Shown in pieces: positions 9,677-19,528 of a DNA stretch of 64,000 bases. Position 1 is the first letter of the stretch. Each line of letters begins with the position of its first letter. The notes below the pieces were generated by a model. That model saw nothing but the letters and a program-made list of their open reading frames with translations, did not search any database and was not told the DNA's origin. Made by a program: the position numbers and the translations under genes. Where the stretch lies: contig OZ245817.1 in the NCBI GenBank assembly GCA_965228475.1, positions 3,232,001-3,296,000 of the forward strand, read 5' to 3'. This DNA comes from Myxococcota bacterium. GTDB taxonomy: Bacteria; Myxococcota_A; UBA9160; JAFDDA01.

Positions 9677-10528
9677 ATGTTGTCGTTGAACGGATTCGGA
9701 CGAGCCCTCGCGCTCGTTGCCGCGGGAGCCTTGCTCTCCACGGCAGGCACGGCCAGCGCCGTCCAATTCACGCCGGGCGTGGATGCCCGCCTCCACACGC
9801 TGACCAGCGGTCAGTCGGGTGCCGAGTGGAACACGGGAGCCCTCGGGGCCGCCAACGGGCAGCTCAGCTACTCGTCGGTCACCACGCAGCTCAGCCTGAC
9901 GGCCGAGCTCGACGTGCTGAACTACTACGACCCGAACGACATCACCTGCCCGACGGACGTCGGCTCGAACTGCACGTTCAACTACGGGACCAACCTCGAC
10001 ATCACGGTCGGGGCGGACCTGAACGGCATCGTGACGACCGCGCTCGGCGGCGGGTTCTTCCAGATCGACATCAACTTCGAGACGACCGCGGGCACGGACA
10101 TCACGATCGTCGACCCGACGGACTCGACGACGGTCCTGACGGCCGAGTGGCAGGCGGGAACCTTCAGCGGCTTCCCGACGACGGGCCTCACCGTGAGCGG
10201 CATCTACGACTCGGGCTCCGGCTCGGTGGTCGGTGACCCGACGGCGCTCGGCTTCGCCACCATCACGGGCGGCCTGTACGCCGGGCTCTTCGATTCCGGC
10301 GGAACCTCGGACGTGAGCCTCCACCTGGCCGAGTTCTTCGACTTCGCGCCCACGATCGACGCCATCGCCGCGGCCATCATCGGCACGGGCGTGCTCCCGA
10401 GCTTCACGGCCGAGGGTGAGGGCCAGATCTTCCGCGTGGCGGCCGGCGACTTCGTTCCGGAGCCGAACCTCGGCCTCCTGATCGGATCCGCGGTCCTGGC
10501 CATCGCAGCGATCCGGCGGCGCTCGTAG
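9677..10528 (+). CDS. PEP-CTERM sorting-domain protein
   Basis: Signal peptide, T/G/S-rich body, VPEP-TM-RRRS. Confidence 0.85.
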   Translation: MLSLNGFGRALALVAAGALLSTAGTASAVQFTPGVDARLHTLTSGQSGAEWNTGALGAANGQLSYSSVTTQLSLTAELDVLNYYDPNDITCPTDVGSNCTFNYGTNLDITVGADLNGIVTTALGGGFFQIDINFETTAGTDITIVDPTDSTTVLTAEWQAGTFSGFPTTGLTVSGIYDSGSGSVVGDPTALGFATITGGLYAGLFDSGGTSDVSLHLAEFFDFAPTIDAIAAAIIGTGVLPSFTAEGEGQIFRVAAGDFVPEPNLGLLIGSAVLAIAAIRRRS

Positions 10529-10570
10529 AACAGCCACCCTGGTTTCTTGGGGGTGAAGAGGGTGAATGTC

Positions 10571-11338
10571 ATGATGAACAAGCTGGTCCACACGCTGCTC
10601 GCTCTGGTCGTCGTTGCCGCTGTGGCCGCACTTCCGGGACGGGCCAACGCGACGGTCTTCTCCTTCGGGACGATCGACGCGACCGACGAGATCACTTCGA
10701 TCCAGCTCTCGGCGGACGATGGATCGGGCTCGCCGACGGTCGATTTCGACACGTCGACGAACACGCTCGTGATCTCGGCCTCGGTCTCGACGATCAACTT
10801 CGCCAACAAGGCGGCGATCTCGGGGATCGCGGCCGGCGACGTGGTCTTCTCGAGCACGGTCGACCTGACGGGCGCCTACAGCTTCGGCGGCCCCGTCAAT
10901 CCGACGTTCACCGCCGGGTCGTTCACGAACGGCGTGGCGGCGGACTTCTCGATCACGGACATCGCGGGCGGGAACATGGTGCTCTCGGCGGACTACGTCG
11001 GAAGCCTCGACCTGACCATCCTCGCGGCGGGCTTCGTGATCCGCGGTGAGTTCAGTGGCGAGTTCGACCTGATCGACATCGGAACCGGAACGGACGCCGA
11101 CGTGGCGGCTGCCTGGGGATCGAGCGGCACCTACGACCAGCTCTTCACCATCGGCACGGGGGCCAACCTCTGCTGGCAGGTGACGAACTGCCCGGTCGCG
11201 ACGGACTGGGTCGACTGGAGCGCCAACACCACGTCGACCCTGTTGCCGGTCGCGGTGGTCCCGGAGCCCCAGGGCCTCCTGCTGATGCTTTCGGCGGGCG
11301 GTCTCGCTGCCCTGATTCGCCGAAGGGTCCAGGGCTAG
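10571..11338 (+). CDS. PEP-CTERM sorting-domain protein
   Basis: Signal peptide ending ANA, VPEP-TM-RRR. Confidence 0.85.
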   Translation: MMNKLVHTLLALVVVAAVAALPGRANATVFSFGTIDATDEITSIQLSADDGSGSPTVDFDTSTNTLVISASVSTINFANKAAISGIAAGDVVFSSTVDLTGAYSFGGPVNPTFTAGSFTNGVAADFSITDIAGGNMVLSADYVGSLDLTILAAGFVIRGEFSGEFDLIDIGTGTDADVAAAWGSSGTYDQLFTIGTGANLCWQVTNCPVATDWVDWSANTTSTLLPVAVVPEPQGLLLMLSAGGLAALIRRRVQG

Positions 11339-11363
11339 TTCCTGCTTCGAGCAGGGTTTCTCG

Positions 11364-11399
11364 ACGGCCGGTCGTGCCCAGGGTACGGCCGGCCGTTTT
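11364..11399 (+). terminator. Intrinsic terminator
   Basis: ACGGCCGGTCGTGCC / GGTACGGCCGGCCGT stem with G-U pairs, then TTT. Confidence 0.5.
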
Positions 11400-11508
11400 C
11401 GATCAGGGCAACGGTTGACTTCGGGTCCAAGCGGTCGCACATCTCGAGGAAGCGAACGCAGGTGAAGTCTCGAGCGGAAGCGGGTTCTGCGGAAGGGAGG
11501 AAACGGTC

Positions 11509-13110
11509 GTGATGAGCCGATGGCTCCGGGGGCCGATCCTGCTTCTCGTCGTGGGCCTGCTGAGCCAGGGCACCACCTGCGCGACCGGGTCCGGCCCGAC
11601 GCCGCCCTCCATCTCCATCACCCTGAACGCCGTCGACGAGGACCTGAACGACCTCCTGGTGGTCCCGCCCTCGGGCTACGTGATCAACCTGGGCTTCACC
11701 GCGGGCACCTCGGCGGTCGCCCCGGCGACCCTCGACGTCCAGGCGCTGCAGTGGGGAACCGAGCTGCTGACGGATCTCTCGGGCGATCTCTCGGCGGACG
11801 CGAACGGTGCCGTGGGCATCGCGAGCACCGCCCTTCCGGCCGGCTCCTACACGCTCGTCGCCTCCGTGGAGGACGTCCAGGGCCGCGTCGGCGTCGCGAC
11901 CTACGAGTTTTCCGTTCGGGAGTACGTGACGGCGATGCCCCCGGTCGGAACCGGCCAGGTCATCTGGTACGACTTCACGGCCGACCGGGATGGCGATCTC
12001 GAGCCGGACTTCGCGGCCGACCTGCGCTTCTTCGGCCTCGGGTCCGAGACGGATCCCCACGGCCTGAACCCCCAGATCGAAGCCGACGTGATCGCTCGCC
12101 TCGTCTCCCGCGTCGAGAGCGCCTACTACGACCAGGACCCGGCGGGCCTCGGCGCCCCGGACCCGATCGACGTCACCTTCGTCACCGCCGACCCGGGCCC
12201 CGGCGACGTGACGCAGATCTGCATCGGCGGCGAGTACGCGAGCTACCCGAGCCTGATCGGCTCGATCCTGATCGACCGGAACAACCTCGCCAAGTCCGGC
12301 TCCGAGTGCGGAACGATCCCGCCGACGGGCGTCTTCGCCCGAGGCCTCCAGACCTACGTCGGAAACATCGGCTTCGACAATCAGTTCAGCCCGGTGATGC
12401 CGACCCTCTCCGGCACGCCCGCCGGGGACCACCCGCTCGACCCGACGGTGCTCCACCCCTCCTTCGACCCCGGCACGGCCAGCACCGAGGAGGCGCAGCG
12501 CTACGACGAGCTCCAGACCGCCCTCGACGCCTTCGCCAACGCCCTCGGCAGCATCGTCGCCCACGAGACCGGCCACGCCCTCGGGCTCACCGAGCCGGGT
12601 CCGCCCGGCGGCGGCCTCCACGGCGGGACCAGCGGCTACGCCTTTTCCCACAACGTCCAGGTCGACGGGGTCTCCGCTCCGGCCGAACCCTGGCTGATGA
12701 ACGCGGGCAACACCCTCTCCTTCTCCCAGCTCTCGGGGGACGGCTTCCCGCTGCCGACCTTCCGCCCGCTCTCCCACGCGTACCTGCGCGACCGGGTCGT
12801 TCAGGACCCGGACGTGACGGCGCTCCTCAACCCACCCATCGTGGCCTCGGCGACACCCACCTTCGTGGTCAACACGATCGAGAACCTCGTGGTGCTCGGC
12901 GAGAACTTCGCAGCACCCCCGGTCGTGCGCCTCCAGAGCATCAACCTCGACTACACCTACAACGTCGTCGGGGAGAGCCTCGTCTCGCCGAACGAGATCC
13001 ACGGCCTGATCCTCGACGTCCAGCTGCCGGCCGGCATCTACTGGGTCGAGGTCGTGAACCCGGACGGGCAGGTCTCGGCGCCGCTGACGGCCTACATCGT
13101 CAAGTTCTAG
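11509..13110 (+). CDS. Secreted zinc metalloprotease-like protein with Ig/IPT-like flanking domains
   Basis: Signal peptide, HETGHALGL, later WLMNAG Met-turn, C-terminal VEVVNPDG. Confidence 0.65.
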   Translation: MMSRWLRGPILLLVVGLLSQGTTCATGSGPTPPSISITLNAVDEDLNDLLVVPPSGYVINLGFTAGTSAVAPATLDVQALQWGTELLTDLSGDLSADANGAVGIASTALPAGSYTLVASVEDVQGRVGVATYEFSVREYVTAMPPVGTGQVIWYDFTADRDGDLEPDFAADLRFFGLGSETDPHGLNPQIEADVIARLVSRVESAYYDQDPAGLGAPDPIDVTFVTADPGPGDVTQICIGGEYASYPSLIGSILIDRNNLAKSGSECGTIPPTGVFARGLQTYVGNIGFDNQFSPVMPTLSGTPAGDHPLDPTVLHPSFDPGTASTEEAQRYDELQTALDAFANALGSIVAHETGHALGLTEPGPPGGGLHGGTSGYAFSHNVQVDGVSAPAEPWLMNAGNTLSFSQLSGDGFPLPTFRPLSHAYLRDRVVQDPDVTALLNPPIVASATPTFVVNTIENLVVLGENFAAPPVVRLQSINLDYTYNVVGESLVSPNEIHGLILDVQLPAGIYWVEVVNPDGQVSAPLTAYIVKF

Positions 13111-13192
13111 CCTCGTCGAGCCCCAAGAGCCCTTCGCCAAGCAAAGCCGGATACGGTAGCCTTTTCGGGCACTTCCCCGACAGAGGCCCCAC

Positions 13193-15190
13193 ATGAGCGA
13201 AGCCCGACGAGACCGCCCCTGGGTGTTCCGGACCTACTCCGGCCACTCCTCCGCCAAGGCCAGCAACGAGCTCTACCGCAAGAACCTCGGCAAGGGGCAG
13301 ACGGGCCTCTCCGTCGCCTTCGATCTGCCGACGCAGACGGGCTACGACGCGGACCACCCCCTCGCCCGCGGCGAGGTCGGCAAGGTCGGCGTACCGGTCG
13401 GCTCGATCGAGGACATGGAGACCCTGTTCCAGGAGATCCCGCTCGATCAGATGAACACGTCCATGACCATCAACGCGACGGCGGCCTGGCTGCTCTCGCT
13501 CTACGTGGCCACGGGCGAGCGACAGGGCGCCGACCCGAAGTCGCTGCAGGGCACGACCCAGAACGACATCGTGAAGGAGTACCTCTCGCGCGGGACCTAC
13601 ATCTTCCCGCCCGAGCCCTCGATGCGGCTGATCAGCGACATGGTGGCCTACACCGTCGACGCGATCCCGAAGTGGAACCCGATCAACATCTGCTCGTACC
13701 ACCTCCAGGAAGCCGGCGCGACGCCGGTCCAGGAAATCGCCTTCTCCTTCGCGAACGCCGTCGCCGTGCTCGACGCCGTACGCGAGCGCGACGACGTCCC
13801 CGACGAGGTCATCCCCAAGGTCTTCAGCCGCATCTCGTTCTTCCTGAACTCGGGCATCCGCTTCGTGGAAGAGATCTGCAAGGCCCGCGCGATGGCGGAG
13901 CTCTGGGATCAGCTCGGCCGGGAACGCTACGGCGTCGAAGAGCCGAAGCTCCGGCGCTTCCGCTACGGCGTCCAGGTGAACAGCCTCGGCCTGACGGAAG
14001 CCCAGCCGGAGAACAACGTGATCCGGATCGTGCTCGAGGCGCTCGGCGTCACGTTCTCGAAGAAGGCCCGCTGCCGGGCGCTCCAGCTCCCGGCCTGGAA
14101 CGAGGCCCTGGGCCTGCCGCGCCCCTGGGACCAGCAGTGGTCGCTCCGCATCCAGCAGATCCTCGCCTACGAGACGGACCTGCTCGAATACGAGGACCTC
14201 TTCGACGGCTCCCACGTGGTGGAAGCCAAGAGCCGGGAGATGGCCGAGGAGGCGACCGCCGAGCTCGAGAAGATCCAGTCCATGGGTGGCGCGGTCGCCG
14301 CCGTCGAGAACGCCTACATGAAGCAGCGGCTCGTCGAGTCCCACGCCCGGCGCGTGCGCTCGATCGAGACCGGCGACCTCCAGGTCGTCGGCATGAACTG
14401 CTTCACCCAGGCGGAGCCCTCGCCGCTCACCTCGGGCGAGCAGCACATCCTGAAGGTCGACGATACGGCCGAGCACGAGCAGATCGAGCGGCTGAACGCC
14501 TTCCGCAACAAGCGCAACGCGAAGGACGCCGAGGCGGCGCTCACGGGCCTCGTCGACGCGCTCAAGAACGGCGACAACGTGATGCCGCCCTCGATTCGCG
14601 CCGCCCACGCGGGCGTCACCACCGGAGAATGGGCCGACGCCCTGCGCAAGCTCTTCGGCGAGTTCCGGGCGCCGACCGGCGTCGCCGGCCAGAGCGCGGC
14701 GGCGGACGCGGAATCCGTGGCCGAGGTCCGCGCCCGGGTCACGGCCCTCGGCGAAAAGATGGGGCGCCCGCTCAAGATCCTGGTCGGCAAGCCGGGCCTC
14801 GATGGCCACAGCAACGGCGCCGAGCAGATCGCCGTGAAGGCACGGGACGTGGGCATGGAGGTCGTCTACGACGGCATCCGCCTCACGCCGGAGCAGATCG
14901 TGCAATCGGCGCGGGACGAGGGCGTCCACGTGATCGGCCTCTCGATCCTCTCGGGCTCCCACGGCGTGCTCGTCCTCGACGTGCTCGACGCGCTCCGCAA
15001 GGAAGGCCTCGAATCGCTGCCGGTCATCGTCGGCGGCATCATCCCCGACGACGACGCGGAGAAGCTCCGCAGCGCGGGTGTGGAGCGCGTCTACACGCCG
15101 AAGGACTTCGAGCTCACCAAGATCATGAGCGAAGTGGTCGACGTCGTTGCCGCTTCGAGCGCCGACACCGAGGCCCACGCTGCCGGCTGA
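13193..15190 (+). CDS. ecm: Ethylmalonyl-CoA mutase (MeaA/Ecm), B12-dependent
   Basis: DRPWVFRTYSGHSSAKASN, LSVAFDLPTQTGYD, RFRYGVQVNSLGLTE, B12 motif DGHSNG. Confidence 0.9.
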   Translation: MSEARRDRPWVFRTYSGHSSAKASNELYRKNLGKGQTGLSVAFDLPTQTGYDADHPLARGEVGKVGVPVGSIEDMETLFQEIPLDQMNTSMTINATAAWLLSLYVATGERQGADPKSLQGTTQNDIVKEYLSRGTYIFPPEPSMRLISDMVAYTVDAIPKWNPINICSYHLQEAGATPVQEIAFSFANAVAVLDAVRERDDVPDEVIPKVFSRISFFLNSGIRFVEEICKARAMAELWDQLGRERYGVEEPKLRRFRYGVQVNSLGLTEAQPENNVIRIVLEALGVTFSKKARCRALQLPAWNEALGLPRPWDQQWSLRIQQILAYETDLLEYEDLFDGSHVVEAKSREMAEEATAELEKIQSMGGAVAAVENAYMKQRLVESHARRVRSIETGDLQVVGMNCFTQAEPSPLTSGEQHILKVDDTAEHEQIERLNAFRNKRNAKDAEAALTGLVDALKNGDNVMPPSIRAAHAGVTTGEWADALRKLFGEFRAPTGVAGQSAAADAESVAEVRARVTALGEKMGRPLKILVGKPGLDGHSNGAEQIAVKARDVGMEVVYDGIRLTPEQIVQSARDEGVHVIGLSILSGSHGVLVLDVLDALRKEGLESLPVIVGGIIPDDDAEKLRSAGVERVYTPKDFELTKIMSEVVDVVAASSADTEAHAAG

Positions 15191-16160
15191 GCTCGCCAGG
15201 CGCCTGGCCGCGCGGGAGCGCGCCGCGGTCCCCGAGGCCTTGAATCTGCTCGACGACCGCCGGCCGCACCGCCGCGCGGAAGCGCTCGCGATGCTCGACG
15301 CCCTCGCCGAAGCCAAGGCCGGAGAATCGACGCCGCGCGTCGGAGTGACCGGCGCGCCGGGCGCCGGCAAGTCGACCCTGCTCGACGCCCTGGTGCGCGC
15401 GATCCGTGCGAAGGACGAGACCGTCGGCATCGTCGCCGTCGACCCCTCGAGCCAGCGCAGCGGCGGCGCCCTGCTCGGCGATCGCTTCCGCGTGCGCTCC
15501 GGCGCGAGCGACCCGGGCGTCTTCATCCGCAGCATGGCCGCCCGGGAGAAGCTCGGCGGCCTCGCCGACGGGACGTGGGCGGCGGTGACGGTCCTGGCCG
15601 CGGTGTTTGACCGCGTGTTCGTCGAGACCGTGGGCGTCGGGCAATCCGAGGGCGACGTCGCGGATCTCGTCGATACGCTCGTCTTCGTGGCGCAGCCGGG
15701 CGCTGGCGACGTGCTCCAGTTCATGAAGGCCGGGGTGCTCGAGCTGCCGGACCTGTTCGTCGTGAACAAGGCGGACCTCGGAGCTCCCGCCGAGCGCACG
15801 GCCCACGAGCTCGAAGCGGGGCTCGGCCTCGCCGAGAGCGACCGCGCCGGCTTCGGCCTGCGCGTCCTGCGCGCCTCGGCCCGGGACGGGAGCGGACTCG
15901 AAGAGCTCGTCGCGGCCCTCGACGCCCACGCCCAGCACCTGGCCGAGTCCGGCGCCCTCGCGGCCCGGCGAAGCCGCGCCCGCCGGACCCTCGTCGGCGA
16001 CGGCCTCCGCGCCCGCTACGGAAGCTACGGAGTCGAGGCCCTCGGCGGGGCCCAGGCCGTCGAAGCCCGGCTCGACGCCGACCCCGACCGCTCGCCCTTC
16101 GCCTGGCTCCGCGAACTCGGCGCCGAGGTCGAAGAGGCGCTGCGGAAGCCCTCCTCGTGA
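15147..16160 (+). CDS. meaB: Mutase-associated GTPase MeaB
   Basis: GAPGAGKST, DPSS..SGGALLGDR, FIRSMA, ETVGVGQSE, NKAD. The start is uncertain (TTG 15147 or CTG 15180). Confidence 0.9.
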   Translation: MPLRAPTPRPTLPAELARRLAARERAAVPEALNLLDDRRPHRRAEALAMLDALAEAKAGESTPRVGVTGAPGAGKSTLLDALVRAIRAKDETVGIVAVDPSSQRSGGALLGDRFRVRSGASDPGVFIRSMAAREKLGGLADGTWAAVTVLAAVFDRVFVETVGVGQSEGDVADLVDTLVFVAQPGAGDVLQFMKAGVLELPDLFVVNKADLGAPAERTAHELEAGLGLAESDRAGFGLRVLRASARDGSGLEELVAALDAHAQHLAESGALAARRSRARRTLVGDGLRARYGSYGVEALGGAQAVEARLDADPDRSPFAWLRELGAEVEEALRKPSS

Positions 16161-16173
16161 CGGTGTCGCGCCC

Positions 16174-17334
16174 TTGGTGAAGTCCGCGATCCGGCCGGCC
16201 CGGGTACGCCGCATCCTCGAGCGCACGCTCGAGAACCCGACGGCGCCGTACCGCGAAGGCTGCGTGATCGGCTGGGTGCGCGAGTTCATCGAGGGCTGCG
16301 AGCACCTTCGCCTGCGCGAGGACGCCGACGGGAACCTCTACGTGAGCCGGCGCGGGGTGCGCGCGAGCCGCCGGCCTCTCGTCCTCGCCGCGCACATGGA
16401 CCATCCGGGGTTCCGGGCGATCCGCTCGAAGCCCGCCCGCGGCGGCCACCGGGTCGAGGCACTCTTCCTCGGTGGGGTCCGGCCTTCCTACTTTCCCGGA
16501 GCGCGCGTGCGCTTCCACACCGAGCTCGAGAGCGGCGGCCGCGGCGTGGCAGCCCGGGTCCGCAGCACGAAGCCGGACCCGCGCAGCGGCGAGCAGCGCG
16601 TCGTGCTCGATGCGCGTGCGCCCGTTCCCGCCGGCGCCTTCGGAACCTGGGACCTGCCGGGCTTCCGCATCTCGCGCCGCAACCCGGACCTCGTCGAGAC
16701 CCGCGCCGCGGACGATCTCGCCGGCCTGGCGGGCATCCTCACCGTCCTCGAGGCGGCCGACACCATCGACCCGAAGCGCCGCGTCGACGTCCGCGCGCTC
16801 TTCACGCGCGCCGAGGAGGTCGGCTTCGTCGGTGCCCTGGCCGTCGCCAAGGGACGGCGCATCCCGAAGGGCTCGCGCATCGTGGCGGTCGAGGCCAGCA
16901 AGGCGCTCGTGAACGCACGCCAGGGGGACGGGCCGATCCTCCGCGTGGGCGACCGCACGAGCCTCTTCGACGACCGGCTCACGCGCTGGGCCGCGGGCGT
17001 CGGGACGGCCCTCGAGGGCCGCGGCCGCTTCCGCTTTCAGCGAAAGCTCATGGACGGCGGCGCCTGCGAAGCCACCGCGCTGCAGCAGTACGGCTACCGC
17101 TGCATCGGCATGTGCCTGCCGCTCGGCAACTACCACAACATGAGCGAGCGCGGCCGCATCGCAGTCGAGACCATCCGGCTCTCGGACCAGGTCGGCCTCG
17201 TGCGCTTCTTCGAAGGCCTCGTGCGTGCCGGCGGCGACGCCCCGCGCCCCGGCAGCCCCGACCCGCTGCGCAAACGGCTCGACCGCATCCACGCGCGAGG
17301 ACGCAAGGAACTCGCGCGCGACCCGTTCGCGTGA
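16174..17334 (+). CDS. M20/M28/M42-clan metallopeptidase
   Basis: AAHMDH, ADDLAG, FTRAEEVG, GNYHN. Confidence 0.75.
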   Translation: MVKSAIRPARVRRILERTLENPTAPYREGCVIGWVREFIEGCEHLRLREDADGNLYVSRRGVRASRRPLVLAAHMDHPGFRAIRSKPARGGHRVEALFLGGVRPSYFPGARVRFHTELESGGRGVAARVRSTKPDPRSGEQRVVLDARAPVPAGAFGTWDLPGFRISRRNPDLVETRAADDLAGLAGILTVLEAADTIDPKRRVDVRALFTRAEEVGFVGALAVAKGRRIPKGSRIVAVEASKALVNARQGDGPILRVGDRTSLFDDRLTRWAAGVGTALEGRGRFRFQRKLMDGGACEATALQQYGYRCIGMCLPLGNYHNMSERGRIAVETIRLSDQVGLVRFFEGLVRAGGDAPRPGSPDPLRKRLDRIHARGRKELARDPFA

Positions 17335-17353
17335 GCAAGACAAGGCTCATACG

Positions 17354-17590
17354 ATGAAGGCGCTGCGTTCCCTGCTCCTGATGATGGGGCTCTCGCTGGC
17401 CTTCGGCCTGGTCCTAGGAACCTGCGTCCGGCGGGGCGCCGAGGCGCCCGTCCGCTACATCGGCGAACGCGAGGCGCCCGGGGCCTCAGCCCTTGCGGCC
17501 GGTCCAGGGCACGTCGGGCACGCCGGCCCGGCGGTTCTCGACGCGCGCCATCACGAACAGCAGGTCCGAGAGCCGGTTCACGTAGCGTAG
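17354..17590 (+). CDS. Possible small membrane protein overlapping the 3' end of the pduO-type gene in antisense
   Basis: ATG lies in an otherwise empty 150-bp gap; hydrophobic LLLMMGLSLAFGLVLG. Confidence 0.35.
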   Translation: MKALRSLLLMMGLSLAFGLVLGTCVRRGAEAPVRYIGEREAPGASALAAGPGHVGHAGPAVLDARHHEQQVREPVHVA

Positions 17591-18043
17591 GGCGACCGGG
17601 TCGAGCTCGTCTTCCCGCGCCAGGGCCACCGCTTCCCGCTCGGCCCTGCGGCACACCGTGCGCGCCTGATGGAACGCCGCCGCCGCGGCCGTTCCGCCCG
17701 GCAGCACGAAGGTCTTCAACGGCTCGAGCTCGCCTTCGAGCGCGTCGATCTGCTGCTCGAGCGCCACCACGTCCTCTTCGCTCGGGGCCGGGACGTCGTA
17801 CTTCTCGCGGTGGGCGGGGTCCGGCGTCGCGAGGTGCGCGCCGAGATCGAACAGTTCGCCCTGGATGCGGCGGCACGATGCCACGAGGTCCGCTTGGTCC
17901 GAGGCCGCGATCGCCACGCCGAGCACGGCGTTCAGCTCGTCGACGGCGCCGTAGGCCACGACGCGCTGGTCGTCCTTGCCGACCCGCTCGCCGCCGAACA
18001 GGTCGGTCTCACCGCCGTCTCCGCGCTTGGTGTAGACCTTCAT
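17486..18043 (-). CDS. ATP:cob(I)alamin adenosyltransferase, PduO type
   Basis: KVYTKRGDGGET, YGAVDELN, FVLPGG, ARTVCRRAER, NRLSDLLF. Confidence 0.92.
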   Translation of the reverse strand: MKVYTKRGDGGETDLFGGERVGKDDQRVVAYGAVDELNAVLGVAIAASDQADLVASCRRIQGELFDLGAHLATPDPAHREKYDVPAPSEEDVVALEQQIDALEGELEPLKTFVLPGGTAAAAAFHQARTVCRRAEREAVALAREDELDPVALRYVNRLSDLLFVMARVENRRAGVPDVPWTGRKG

Positions 18044-18056
18044 GGTGGAGTCGCCG

Positions 18057-18515
18057 TCAGTCGGACGAGCGGCCGAGCTCCTCGTCGATCAGGCGTTCGA
18101 TCTCGGGATCGACGGGCGCCACCGCCGCCGCGGGCTCGGTCTTCGCCGAGGCCTGGGCCCCCTGCCGTCGCATGAAGACGAAGACGATCCCGCCTCCCAG
18201 AAAAGCCGCGAGCAGGGGAATCGCGTAGGCCATCAGGCCGAATCCCGTGGCTTCGGGGGCTTGGCGGATCTCGTCGCCGAACTCCGACAGGAGCTGCGAG
18301 TAGACGGCCTCGGGGTCCCGGCCCGCGGCCTCCTGACTCTCGATCCATTCCGCGAGATCAGCGGCCTGGGGGCTCGGGCAGTTGCGCAGCGTCCGGCCCG
18401 GGCAGTACGGGCTCATCAGCTCGTCGATCATCTCGCCGCTCCACGCCTCTTCGGCCGAAGCGAAGGCCGGAGCCGCGAGCGTGAAGAAGAGAAGCGCCGT
18501 CACGAGGAACCGCAT
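18057..18515 (-). CDS. CcmH/NrfF-like cytochrome c biogenesis protein (variant Cys motif)
   Basis: Signal peptide, LMSPYCPGRTLRNCPS, FGDEI..P, C-terminal TM helix. Confidence 0.65.
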   Translation of the reverse strand: MRFLVTALLFFTLAAPAFASAEEAWSGEMIDELMSPYCPGRTLRNCPSPQAADLAEWIESQEAAGRDPEAVYSQLLSEFGDEIRQAPEATGFGLMAYAIPLLAAFLGGGIVFVFMRRQGAQASAKTEPAAAVAPVDPEIERLIDEELGRSSD

Positions 18516-19420
18516 CAGATGTCCCAGTGCAGCTGGGGATCGTCTTCGTCCTCCCCCTGCTGCACGCGTTGGGCGGGCGGCTTGATCTGCACGCGCGTCC
18601 CCGCCGGCACCGACTCCGTCAGCCAGACGTTGCCGCCGATCACGCTCCCCGCGCCGATCACCGTGTCGCCGCCGAGGATCGTCGCCCCGGCGTAGATGGT
18701 GACGTCGTCCTCGAGGGTCGGGTGCCGCTTCTGGCCGCGGATCATCTTTCCGTCCGGGTCGCGCGGGAAGGAGAGCGCCCCGAGCGTCACGCCCTGGTAG
18801 AGCTTCACCCGGTCGCCGATCACCGTCGTCCCCCCGACCACGACGCCGGTGCCGTGGTCGATGAAGAAGCGCCGGCCGATACGCGCGCCGGGGTGGATGT
18901 CGATGCCATACCGGCAGTGGGCATGCTCGGTCATGATGCGCGGCAGGAGCGGCACGCCGAGCCCGTGAAGCTCGTGGGCCAGCCGCTGGATCGTGACGGC
19001 CTGGAGCGAGGGATAGGAAACCAGGATCTCGGCAAAGCTGCTCGCCGCCGGGTCGCCTTCGTAGGCCGCCTCGACGTCCTCGGCGATGAGCGCCCGGACG
19101 GCGGGCAGCCGCCCGAGGAAGCGGTCGGTGACGTCGCTCGGCGACGCCCCGACGCCCTCGGGAAGCTGCTCGAGCAGCGCCGCGAGGCGGTCGGCCAGGG
19201 TCGCGAGCTCGGAGCGCAGGGCGTACCGGTCGCGCTGGAGCAGCAGCACCTGCCGGACGCGGTCGGTCCAGAGGATCACGCCCTCGGGATCCGGAAATCC
19301 CTCGGCGATGGCCTTGGCGAGGGCGTCGTCGCCACCGCCGGCCAGGGCTTCGATGGTTTCATCGAGCACGGATTGCGAGAAGACCTCCGCGTGGTCCTGG
19401 AATCGACGGGCTTCCTGCAT
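18515..19420 (-). CDS. cysE: Serine O-acetyltransferase (CysE/EpsC type)
   Basis: GDPAA, GIDIHPGA, FFIDHGTGVVVG, YQGVTLG, KRHPT. Confidence 0.9.
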   Translation of the reverse strand: MQEARRFQDHAEVFSQSVLDETIEALAGGGDDALAKAIAEGFPDPEGVILWTDRVRQVLLLQRDRYALRSELATLADRLAALLEQLPEGVGASPSDVTDRFLGRLPAVRALIAEDVEAAYEGDPAASSFAEILVSYPSLQAVTIQRLAHELHGLGVPLLPRIMTEHAHCRYGIDIHPGARIGRRFFIDHGTGVVVGGTTVIGDRVKLYQGVTLGALSFPRDPDGKMIRGQKRHPTLEDDVTIYAGATILGGDTVIGAGSVIGGNVWLTESVPAGTRVQIKPPAQRVQQGEDEDDPQLHWDI

Positions 19421-19528
19421 GGGGCACTCCTGCCCATCCCCCGGAGAACGGCTCCGAGAGTGTAGCGAAGGGGCCGAAGCTGGCCGCCGCGGGGTGCCGG
19501 GGTGTTACGCTCGGGAGGGGGGACGGCC

